A DNA stretch of 35,220 bases from a virus, in the IMG/VR virus record IMGVR_UViG_3300045988_171378. One strand, given 5' to 3'. The translations under genes and the position numbers were made by a program. A model generated the notes under the pieces. That model did not search any database. It saw only the letters and a list, made by a program, of their open reading frames with translations, and was not told where the DNA came from. Positions 7,995-16,027 of the stretch are shown piece by piece. Positions within the stretch are counted from its first letter, which is position 1. Each line of letters begins with the position of its first letter.

Positions 7995-9077
7995 TTATTT
8001 CGTTCCTCCTTTTACCGCGCTCGTATAATCTTTCCACGTGAGCGCGGCGCGAATCTTTGCATCTACCTCTTCCGGCGTCGTCCACGTTGCGCTAAGCGTC
8101 TCAGTCGTTCCGTCTACGTAAGTCACAAACAGATCCCCTCCTACTATAGCTATGCTCTTAACAAAGTTCGACGAAAACGTCTGCGCTCCGAACAACAGCA
8201 GCCGACCGCCGTACTGCGCGTTGCTTGTCATATATATAGAGCCGTCCGAGCCTATAAACGTTGTATCCGCCTGCGTGTAATATCCGTTGCGCTCAGCCGC
8301 CGTAAGGTCGCTGCCAGCTTTATACGTTTCCGTTCCCGTCCTTGACAGCAGCGCCATATATCTGTCGTCGCTAAAGCCTGTTTGACCGGGCCCGAACGCC
8401 AATTCGTACCCTCCGCCGGAAGCGCTCAGCCAGCTTTCTTCCGTAAACGTCAGTATCGTCAGCCAGTCAGATACTACGGTTCCTCCGCCCTGTCCTGCCG
8501 CCGGCACCCGCATACGCGCCGTGCTTCCGTCGCTGTAAATTTTATAAAACTCGTAATATTTCACTCCTTGCTCTTCGAGCAAAGCGCATGTAAAATCCAC
8601 CAGCACCTTTGCCGTATTTCTGTTCTCTAAATCCGTAACTCTGCCGGCCAGGCCGGAATACATCTCTAAAAGAGCCTGCCACTGATTCGGATCCGGTTCC
8701 TCGGGCGGTAACGGCGCCGTTCCCTTTTGAACGCTGAAGTTTACGGACGACGTCGCTACAACCTCTCCGGAATATGACACTTTAAATTGCGCTACTACCG
8801 TCCCGGCATACTTTGTCACCAGGCCGTTCTTCGTCTGCCACTCCCATACGCCGTACTCGTCTCCCAGCTTATCCGTTACTCCTTCAAGCTCCGATACCGA
8901 CGTCAGCCCGTACTCCTCCGTATAATCCCCGTTCGCCAGTATAAATGATACAGACACCGCGTCGGTATTGGGAAACGGCCCCACAAAGTACAGGCTCCCC
9001 TTTAAGCTTGATCCCTGATATACCGGCGTCGGGACCACGTCTATCGCCGTTCCGTCCGCTTTTACAAACACTATCAT
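7995..9077 (-). CDS. Tail/baseplate-associated structural protein
   Basis: The N-terminal region resembles baseplate-upper-protein-like N-terminal domains (weak). A central coiled segment QWQALLEMYSGLAGRVTDLE is present. Confidence 0.4.
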   Translation of the reverse strand: MIVFVKADGTAIDVVPTPVYQGSSLKGSLYFVGPFPNTDAVSVSFILANGDYTEEYGLTSVSELEGVTDKLGDEYGVWEWQTKNGLVTKYAGTVVAQFKVSYSGEVVATSSVNFSVQKGTAPLPPEEPDPNQWQALLEMYSGLAGRVTDLENRNTAKVLVDFTCALLEEQGVKYYEFYKIYSDGSTARMRVPAAGQGGGTVVSDWLTILTFTEESWLSASGGGYELAFGPGQTGFSDDRYMALLSRTGTETYKAGSDLTAAERNGYYTQADTTFIGSDGSIYMTSNAQYGGRLLLFGAQTFSSNFVKSIAIVGGDLFVTYVDGTTETLSATWTTPEEVDAKIRAALTWKDYTSAVKGGTK

Positions 9078-9081
9078 GCTT

Positions 9082-9306
9082 TTATTCCTCCGCCGGCGCT
9101 ATTCCGCTCGCTTCCACAAATACATTCATAAACCGCTCAATGTGATTAAGCTCGTCGGATATAATTTCGCGCATATCCGCCTGCGCCTGAATGTCGGTCA
9201 TGTCTCCCAAAAGCGCCATATACTTTTTGACCGTTTCCACCTCGTCCATTGCGCCGTCAAGCGCCGCCATTGCCACTCCCAGCCTTCCTTTTGTCTCTTC
9301 GTCCAT
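9082..9306 (-). CDS. Small acidic hypothetical protein (74 aa)
   Basis: RBS aggagga. Tightly packed between tail genes. Confidence 0.55.
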   Translation of the reverse strand: MDEETKGRLGVAMAALDGAMDEVETVKKYMALLGDMTDIQAQADMREIISDELNHIERFMNVFVEASGIAPAEE

Positions 9307-9317
9307 TTATGTTCCTC

Positions 9318-12161
9318 CTATAAAAATATATCGTGCTTACCGGCTATAAACAGCCCGTCGAGAATATCCTCGTCTTGTGGCGTTATTTGCCTGTTACAGC
9401 CGATTAAAACCTCTCCCGTTTCTTTATCCGTCATTACCCACGATTGCCCGTTTACTGGCGATTTACAAGGCTTAAACTGTATTCCACCGTCTATCAGATA
9501 AAATCCGTCGCTATTTCCGTTATAATCGTATATCTGCGTCGCTCCGTTAAGGTCCGCCTTAAGCCTGAATTTATTAAGACGCTGCGGTAAAACATACAAT
9601 ACCGCGCCGTGACCGCTCTGTGAGCCGCTCACAAACACGCAATTTTTTGCCAAAGCCGAACCGATTATGATGTTTTTGCGGTTGCTTACGTAATCTATCT
9701 GATATGTTACAGACAGTATTTCAGTACTGCCCTTTTTAACCCACAATGGTCTTTCCCCGGTGTTTATGTAGGCCTGTCCGCGTCCCGTAATATTGGTCGC
9801 ATTCGGTAAGCTTGTTCCTATCTGAGTTTGCTGCTCCTTTGTTGCCGGAATCGTTCCGCCCTCGTAATACTTCAAGTGCAAATACTCCATGTTTCCGTGC
9901 ACGTCGCTATACGCTACTCCGTTTGTAAACCACCCTTGCACGTTGTTTTGCTCTCGCCAGGTCACGTTATTTCCCGCGGAATAATTATCCTCGTATTTAA
10001 ACGTCATCACCGCCGCGTTACCGAACGCTGCGGTTTGCACCGGAAGCGCTATTTCTGCCAATAAGTTTTCCGAATCGTCTTCTCCCTGCGCAATAGCCAA
10101 CGTTATAGGCTCAGTTTCAAAATTCTGACTGAACGTTGTTGCTATTCTAGAAATGTCGAATAACGTATTCTCCGAGCCTACTTTATCTCCTATTACCACG
10201 TAGTCTCGATAAGATAAATTGCTGTCGTAGGCCTGCCTCTCGGATACCTCGTATACTCTCTTGGCCGTATTTATTCCTATAAACTCCGAATATCTGTTGA
10301 AGTCCTGCGAAAGCCCCAGCGTTATCTTTGTGGATTCGGGCTGTATTTCAACATCCACCGTGCTAATGTAATAATCGTCGTCAAATAGATCCCCGACCTT
10401 AGGAATCCTGGCCAAACCGGCAAACACAAAAGTATAGGTTTTCTCTACGTTGCCCATACGCGCTATAGCGCCCTTCATTCTCTCCCCGTAATAGCTTGCT
10501 TCTACCACATTTTGCGCCTGATTATACGCAAGCGTTCTGGGCGCTGTCAATTCGCCTATATACGCTTTGGACTGCTGTACCCTTGCGCTGAATATAGGCG
10601 TGTACGTTACCCTAAAAGCAAGAAGCGGATATCCTCCCTCCGTATATCCGTCCTCCCCATTTTCTTTCCCCTCATCTATCGTAAGACTGCTATCTCCGGT
10701 TGCTGCTCTGAGAATATTTAATATTGCATAATTTTTAAATGCAGGCGAAATCGGGTGCGCCTCCTTAAAATTAAGTCCGTAAATATTTTTTTCTCCGATA
10801 GTATAATACAGCGCGTATGCGCGCGATTCCGGATAAAGTTCGCTATATGAGCTCATACGCGCATAATCCGCACTCTCGAAAATATAAGGCGTTATATCCG
10901 CGGACGTCGTCTCTCCCACAAAGCCGCACTCCACTTTGCTGATTGAGTATATTGGCCACTGCGTCGAAATAAGCATATTGCCTTCTTCCACTCTTGCGTA
11001 TAACGTTTCCGTTCTCAGCGTTTTATAGCCTCCGTCATACGGCTCGATTATTACTCCGCTATCACGGCCGACCGTATTAACGAAATTGTCTACGCTGCTG
11101 TCTATGCCGCTTGCATATTGTTCGATATCCTGTCGCATTGACAAAGCCGCATAATTTTTATAATGCACGTCATTTAATGCTCCGGAGCCGTACATATCAT
11201 AGTATATTTCGTCACCGTTAAGCCGCGGCTCTCCGTGGATATACGCGCCCACGCCTTGCAATATCTCCCGCAGCGTGCTCTGCGTAAACTGAAATTCCGG
11301 CGTTTCTATCTTCTCAAATTCTTTCGCTTGATCAGCATTCAGGTGAAATTTCGGCGTATCGCCTTTTCGCAACGGCTCTGCTATCATCAACGCGCGCTCG
11401 ATAACGCTTCGCGCATTCCATTTCGGTGACGGTTCTACATTAGAAGCAATATTTACTAAATACGTTGCTGTACCATTTACAGTAAGTTGTCCGGTACTAT
11501 TCAATAAATCAAAATGATATATCAATTCAACAGTGCCATTAGTCAAATCAACGACTATAGGGGTATCTACATCTTTTTCCCTTTTTATTTCTACTCCATT
11601 TTGAATAACAACTGTATAACTTGACACGGTTGCTTTCCATGTAAACAATGACTGTAACGAGGGAAAAGAATTTTCCCCAACTAAAAGAGGAGTATATATA
11701 GATTGCTGTATTTCCGGAATTGATCCAATTCCACCTGTTTTTTCTAATGCAGGTTTTACTTCATTTTTTGCATTAGTGTAAATTCTCCCCAAGCTGTTTA
11801 CATAACCTTGAGATCGACATATAAACCCCTCTAAAAATTTTGTTTCCTCAATAAGCATTAACCGATGATTCCAGCGGCGTTCGCCTACTATTTTTTCCTC
11901 GGAATAATCGCTTGTAACCAACATATTAAGCGTAATGTCGCGACCGGGAAAATCATTATTCCAAATGCGAATAACTATTTTAGTCAACGGATGAATTACG
12001 GGCGTTTTTGTCCTGAGTAAAGCTATACTTGCCTCGTCAAGCTGTTCGTCCAGTATTTTTGATAATTTTATAGGAAACACAGTATTTTGCGTACAATCAA
12101 TTATTTTTCTGTTTATGTAGATAAATGTCTGAAAACTGTTACTTTTTGGCGAATTATTCAT
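9318..12161 (-). CDS. Large tail protein (947 aa), function unassigned
   Basis: Largest ORF. RBS ggag. It lies in the position of tail-tip or host-recognition proteins. It has no coiled-coil-rich tape-measure character. The 5' ~720 nt are markedly AT-richer than the rest. Confidence 0.6.
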   Translation of the reverse strand: MNNSPKSNSFQTFIYINRKIIDCTQNTVFPIKLSKILDEQLDEASIALLRTKTPVIHPLTKIVIRIWNNDFPGRDITLNMLVTSDYSEEKIVGERRWNHRLMLIEETKFLEGFICRSQGYVNSLGRIYTNAKNEVKPALEKTGGIGSIPEIQQSIYTPLLVGENSFPSLQSLFTWKATVSSYTVVIQNGVEIKREKDVDTPIVVDLTNGTVELIYHFDLLNSTGQLTVNGTATYLVNIASNVEPSPKWNARSVIERALMIAEPLRKGDTPKFHLNADQAKEFEKIETPEFQFTQSTLREILQGVGAYIHGEPRLNGDEIYYDMYGSGALNDVHYKNYAALSMRQDIEQYASGIDSSVDNFVNTVGRDSGVIIEPYDGGYKTLRTETLYARVEEGNMLISTQWPIYSISKVECGFVGETTSADITPYIFESADYARMSSYSELYPESRAYALYYTIGEKNIYGLNFKEAHPISPAFKNYAILNILRAATGDSSLTIDEGKENGEDGYTEGGYPLLAFRVTYTPIFSARVQQSKAYIGELTAPRTLAYNQAQNVVEASYYGERMKGAIARMGNVEKTYTFVFAGLARIPKVGDLFDDDYYISTVDVEIQPESTKITLGLSQDFNRYSEFIGINTAKRVYEVSERQAYDSNLSYRDYVVIGDKVGSENTLFDISRIATTFSQNFETEPITLAIAQGEDDSENLLAEIALPVQTAAFGNAAVMTFKYEDNYSAGNNVTWREQNNVQGWFTNGVAYSDVHGNMEYLHLKYYEGGTIPATKEQQTQIGTSLPNATNITGRGQAYINTGERPLWVKKGSTEILSVTYQIDYVSNRKNIIIGSALAKNCVFVSGSQSGHGAVLYVLPQRLNKFRLKADLNGATQIYDYNGNSDGFYLIDGGIQFKPCKSPVNGQSWVMTDKETGEVLIGCNRQITPQDEDILDGLFIAGKHDIFL

Positions 12162-12209
12162 AACTTTACTCCATTTGTTAAATTTTTTATTATTTTTTAA
12201 CTTATTTTA

Positions 12210-12238
12210 TTGACATAATACTTTTTAAACTCTATACT
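12210..12238 (+). promoter_or_regulatory. Near-consensus promoter of the moron gene
   Basis: TTGACA (12210-12215), 17-nt spacer, TATACT (12233-12238). RBS aaaggaga and ATG 12259 follow. Confidence 0.65.
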
Positions 12239-12258
12239 TTAAAAAAAGGAGAAGTATT

Positions 12259-12627
12259 ATGAAAAAAAAGACATTAAACATTTTAATAATTACAGTTTTA
12301 ACATTATCATTAACAAATTTTATAATCGTTTTAATCGATGTATTAAAATTTTTACCTGCTGATTTTAATTTTACAGTAGGTTGGAAAACTGCTCTTTTAG
12401 CAAGTACAATAAGAGCTTCTTTTTCTTGTCTGATAAGTATAATAATAACTATATTTTGCATTTTCCTAATGTGTAAAATAAATATAATCGAAATAAAAAC
12501 ATACTCCGGTGATTTTAAGGAATGGTATGAAAAAATGCGTAACGAGAGAAAACAGCTTAAGTTAGCAAAGAAAAAAGCTAAGCTGCAAAAACAGCTTGAC
12601 GAAATCAACGAAAAAGACAGCGAATGA
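12259..12627 (+). CDS. AT-rich moron: small membrane protein with Lys-rich coiled C-terminus
   Basis: Opposite strand to the surrounding tail genes, with its own promoter. Three hydrophobic helices (LNILIITVLTLSLTNFIIVLIDV, TALLASTIRASF, CLISIIITIFCIFLMC) are followed by KQLKLAKKKAKLQKQLDEINEK. Confidence 0.7.
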   Translation: MKKKTLNILIITVLTLSLTNFIIVLIDVLKFLPADFNFTVGWKTALLASTIRASFSCLISIIITIFCIFLMCKINIIEIKTYSGDFKEWYEKMRNERKQLKLAKKKAKLQKQLDEINEKDSE

Positions 12628-12671
12628 TTGTAAGGTTTTTATTTACTTCGCTTATATTCAGTTATTAACCC

Positions 12672-13154
12672 TTATATTCTCCTGCTGCCGCTGGTGGCCG
12701 CAACATTGCCGCCTGCGCGCGCATTTATCAAGCCTATTGAGATATTTTCCGAGGCGGCGCTTAGGTTTATCTTAGCCTGGTTTATCGCGTATCCGGCAAC
12801 AGTAGTAACGGTTGACATAACCGCACCGGCTACCGCGCCCCACAATCCTCCTACTGCGGCGCCTATAGCAATATTCTCAACTATACCGAAAGCCTTACTG
12901 CCTACACTGTAAGCAAATTGCATACGTTGCTGCGTCTCAGTCCGTCCGGTCCTTATAGATACGGTGCTGATACCATATTCAATACCCATACGAACAAACG
13001 GCGACACAATACGTTTAAAGGCAAAGTACTCCGCAACATTTTCTTTAGCCTTCGCCCTGCCGGTATCCTGAACGCTCTCGCTTTGCGTTTTCTGCGCTAT
13101 AGGCGATTTTTTCGTAACAGTATCATCTTTTATAACAATTTCATAATCCGCCAT
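12672..13154 (-). CDS. Hypothetical virion protein with glycine-zipper hydrophobic segment
   Basis: AIGAAVGGLWGAVAGAVMSTVTTVAGYAI. RBS ggag. The sequence resembles hydrophobic parts of tape-measure or ejection proteins, but the protein is only 160 aa. Confidence 0.5.
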   Translation of the reverse strand: MADYEIVIKDDTVTKKSPIAQKTQSESVQDTGRAKAKENVAEYFAFKRIVSPFVRMGIEYGISTVSIRTGRTETQQRMQFAYSVGSKAFGIVENIAIGAAVGGLWGAVAGAVMSTVTTVAGYAINQAKINLSAASENISIGLINARAGGNVAATSGSRRI

Positions 13155-13992
13155 TATCTAACTCCAATGCCTCTATAAGCGATATCGATTGACCTATATT
13201 TTCAACGCCTCGAGCAGTAATGTTGCTGGTTGCGAAAATCATGTTAAATTCACCGCTTATACCGGCGTATGATAAAGTGACTTTATGTACCGATTTATCT
13301 TTTTGAATAAGAAATTTTGCAAATTCCAGAGTAAGTAAATTATCTTCGAGAGCCGGTACTGAAATCTGCAATTCCAAAGCGTATCCGGTTGAATAATTTT
13401 TAACCGCACCGTCACTGTCAGAAAAAGCGCCTCCGTCCGTTACCGGCGTACATATCAAGGACATTTCCGTGAACGAAACAACCTCGCCGTCAAACGTCAC
13501 TTGATAATCCAAAGAGTTTATGCCGCTTTCGACAAAGGAATAAAAAACATTAAACTGATAAGTAATGCTTTCGCCGAAATCTATAGACGGACGCTGAGTA
13601 AGCTCTCCCGCCTGAGGTTGACTGCCGTAAACCGATACCGAATATTTTGTCTTGTCTCCGTCCGTCATCAACGTAACGAAAGGCTTGGACGTAAACGCGG
13701 ATATGGCTTCACGTACAGGAGATAAACTGTCCTGCGTGGGTTTATCAGGATCTATAGGCACGGCTACCACTATCGACAATGTCTGAGTTGCCACAGACAA
13801 ATTGTTTATCGGAACAATCGCGCTTTCCGCTATTTGAGCAATCCCCTCAATAAGCACGGTAACCGAATTATTTTCACGTACCGGAGGGACATAATCCCCT
13901 CCGTCGGGAATTATACTGAACGCCATGCCGTCGGGCAGCAAAGCGTTAAGAGAATTGTTTATATTATCCATAAGCTGCGTAACGGGTATCAT
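13141..13992 (-). CDS. Putative major tail/tube-type structural protein
   Basis: Position after the connector genes, beta-rich sequence, RBS ggagg. There is no family-specific motif. Confidence 0.4.
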   Translation of the reverse strand: MIPVTQLMDNINNSLNALLPDGMAFSIIPDGGDYVPPVRENNSVTVLIEGIAQIAESAIVPINNLSVATQTLSIVVAVPIDPDKPTQDSLSPVREAISAFTSKPFVTLMTDGDKTKYSVSVYGSQPQAGELTQRPSIDFGESITYQFNVFYSFVESGINSLDYQVTFDGEVVSFTEMSLICTPVTDGGAFSDSDGAVKNYSTGYALELQISVPALEDNLLTLEFAKFLIQKDKSVHKVTLSYAGISGEFNMIFATSNITARGVENIGQSISLIEALELDNGGL

Positions 13993-14363
13993 TGTTTACC
14001 TCCTCTTCTTTTCAATTCAGCTCCCGGAAGACTTGACATATAACTTTTTACTACTATTTCGGCAGCACGGTCAAACCAGCCCTGATTAGGGTTTTTATGT
14101 CCTTTCCATTTAGGGCTTATCCACTCCTCATTTGTGTAAGGCACATACGGCGCGATTTTATCATCTACGTATATAACGGCCTGAAAAGGGCTTAAAAACC
14201 TTATTTTGGACGCATTAAAAGCCATATTGCCGGTGCTTCCTCGCTGGCGATTGCCGTAAGCGTTTACATAATATCCCACTCCCCTTGTTTTAGGATTAGG
14301 CACCGCGGCCTTAAATCTCTTAAAAGCAAGCAAACAAATACGCTTGAAATTATTATTATTCAT
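13989..14363 (-). CDS. Neck/tail-completion protein (HK97 gp10-like, weak)
   Basis: Start refined to ATG 14363 (the track start is TTG). APYVPYTNEEWISPKWKGHKNPNQGWFDRA resembles gp10-type neck proteins. Confidence 0.45.
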   Translation of the reverse strand: MNNNNFKRICLLAFKRFKAAVPNPKTRGVGYYVNAYGNRQRGSTGNMAFNASKIRFLSPFQAVIYVDDKIAPYVPYTNEEWISPKWKGHKNPNQGWFDRAAEIVVKSYMSSLPGAELKRRGGKQ

Positions 14364-14364
14364 A

Positions 14365-14727
14365 TCACACAAGCCCCTTAGGATTATTAACTCCTATCAA
14401 AGCTATGATAAATTCCGCAGTCGGGTTTTCGGCTAAAAATCGCAGGGCCTCGTTATTGTTATTATCCGTTTGCACCTGCTCTATCGTCCAAAATTGTCCG
14501 TCCTGCGTGGAAACATAACCCTTCGGTTTAAAACCGCAATCCCATGCAGTACGAATTACAAGGCCCTCGCGCGTAGTAATTAAATTGTTAATTATCTCTG
14601 AATACCCTTTACTGGGCCTGTCCACTATAGAATAATCGAACCACATAAGACTGCTTTTAGGCGTATCTCTGTAGCTGCCCGTCATAACATAGCCGCGGCG
14701 CGGTTTTAAAAAATCCAATGCGTCCAT
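14365..14727 (-). CDS. Head-tail joining protein (hypothetical)
   Basis: Start refined to MDALDFLKPRRG (RBS ggagggagg). Position in the connector block. Confidence 0.45.
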   Translation of the reverse strand: MDALDFLKPRRGYVMTGSYRDTPKSSLMWFDYSIVDRPSKGYSEIINNLITTREGLVIRTAWDCGFKPKGYVSTQDGQFWTIEQVQTDNNNNEALRFLAENPTAEFIIALIGVNNPKGLV

Positions 14728-14728
14728 A

Positions 14729-15205
14729 TCAATATCCTCCCTCCTTATAATCCGGCGGACAAAATCTATAAGCCATAATACTTGTAAGAGGAACTCCTGT
14801 TTCGTTAACCGTCTGATCAAGTATTATTTTAGCCTGCATGTCCATATATGCGATTCTGTCCTCTTCCTTAGGACTGCGCGTCAAATCTCCTACGCTCATC
14901 AAATAAGCAAGCTGCTGCGCCATAGCGTCCTTTATGATTTCTCTGGCCGAGGGGCACTTTGCTATTATCCATTGCTGCGCCCGCCTGTTAGAATTAAAAT
15001 TAAATATATAATTGTAAACGTGCAAGCTGGCAGTATTAAGCATACTATTTATAACAGCCTGATTACCGACTGCTCTGCCGCCGCTCACTCGCCGCTGTAT
15101 ATCTATTCCCAGCACATCAGTAACATATTTAAGCGTCAAGACATAACGGTGCGTTGCGTAGTCATAGCGCATATATTCGTCGGAATACGGTAACGAATTT
15201 GGCAT
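14729..15205 (-). CDS. Head-tail connector/adaptor (hypothetical)
   Basis: Start refined to MPNSLPYSDEY (RBS ggagg at the correct spacing). The upstream part of the track ORF overlaps a noncoding promoter region. Confidence 0.45.
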   Translation of the reverse strand: MPNSLPYSDEYMRYDYATHRYVLTLKYVTDVLGIDIQRRVSGGRAVGNQAVINSMLNTASLHVYNYIFNFNSNRRAQQWIIAKCPSAREIIKDAMAQQLAYLMSVGDLTRSPKEEDRIAYMDMQAKIILDQTVNETGVPLTSIMAYRFCPPDYKEGGY

Positions 15206-15254
15206 AATAAAACCTCCAAAATTAAATATTTTTAATAAAATTTTCCATAAAATA

Positions 15255-15283
15255 TTGACATTTTTTAATTCCGGTTGTATAAT
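15255..15283 (+). promoter_or_regulatory. Consensus promoter pointing against the late operon
   Basis: TTGACA (15255-15260), 17-nt spacer, TATAAT (15278-15283). Confidence 0.6.
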
Positions 15284-15289
15284 AATAGT

Positions 15290-15368
15290 ATAAGTGACGC
15301 TTCTTGACCCGACCGAGATATGCACATCGGAGTTGGGTTCCCCGTGCATGGGGGGGCGTCATTTTTTA
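15290..15368 (+). ncRNA. Candidate ~78-nt structured antisense RNA inside the late operon
   Basis: Closing helix GTGACGC (15294-15300) / GCGTCAT (15356-15362). Inner helices GACCC/GGGTT, CCGA/TCGG and CCCC/GGGG. A T-run (15362-15375) follows. No ORF. Confidence 0.4.
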
Positions 15369-15962
15369 TTTTTTTCTTTCTTTATAAAAAGGGCGTAAAT
15401 CATATAAAGTACTGCTTCCGTCTTTTCTTATTCCGACATTTAATATGCCGTTATATACTTCTTTATCCATTTTGACACGAACTTTATAATATGCAAATTC
15501 CTCAAATCGCTTATTCAGCTTATCTTCCGCTTTTGAAATGTGGTCAAATTCACCTACCTTAATCATTTCAGCTAAAGCAGGACAAACGCGCAATTTATCA
15601 TAATGATCTTGATAAGTCATTTTATCTGCCCCAACGCGTTCAATAGCAACAGTTCTTCCGTCTGGCGAGGCATATCTCCCACGCAAATTATCCATTATAT
15701 ATCTAAAAGCTAATTCTTGCCTCTCCTTCGGTGTTGTTGCGTTTTTAAGTTTCTTTTGAATATCCGTATCTAAATTGACTTCTACTATATTCTCTGAAGA
15801 GGTCAATTTATTTTTACCGTCTCCTACCCCCATAGCCGACATATCTTCTTTAGGGGAATCTGAAAACTTCTTTACAGCCTCGCGTATTTTATCAGCGTCG
15901 CCTTTACCTTCAGTAAACTTACCGTCATCCGCACGCGGATGTTTGCTTTCGTCAAATATCAT
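15366..15962 (-). CDS. Hypothetical protein with KHPR..GKF N-terminus
   Basis: Start refined to MIFDESKHPRADDGKF (RBS ggaggg). It shares the motif A(V/I)(K/R)K(F/Y)SD.P with 22985..23758. Confidence 0.5.
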   Translation of the reverse strand: MIFDESKHPRADDGKFTEGKGDADKIREAVKKFSDSPKEDMSAMGVGDGKNKLTSSENIVEVNLDTDIQKKLKNATTPKERQELAFRYIMDNLRGRYASPDGRTVAIERVGADKMTYQDHYDKLRVCPALAEMIKVGEFDHISKAEDKLNKRFEEFAYYKVRVKMDKEVYNGILNVGIRKDGSSTLYDLRPFYKERKK

Positions 15963-16027
15963 ACATACCCTCCGTATAAATGGAAAGGGGCTTTGATAAC
16001 TGCTCAAAACCCCTCGGAAAAGCAATG

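Noticed and set aside
5843-9077. Diversity-generating retroelement targeting the fibre genes
   Set aside because: No reverse transcriptase gene exists anywhere in the genome, and no template/variable repeat pair was seen.
12225-12608. Minus-strand ORF 12225..12608 opposite the moron
   Set aside because: The plus-strand ORF has a consensus promoter, an RBS and plausible membrane helices. The minus ORF has no RBS and would be an AT-rich artefact.
15290-15368. Possible tRNA gene (7-bp acceptor-like closing helix, U8-like position, roughly 75 nt)
   Set aside because: No anticodon arm with a 7-nt loop can be drawn. No T-arm GTTCRANYC-type loop is present. The D-loop lacks GG, and there is no CCA or discriminator context. 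It is kept only as a generic structured RNA candidate.
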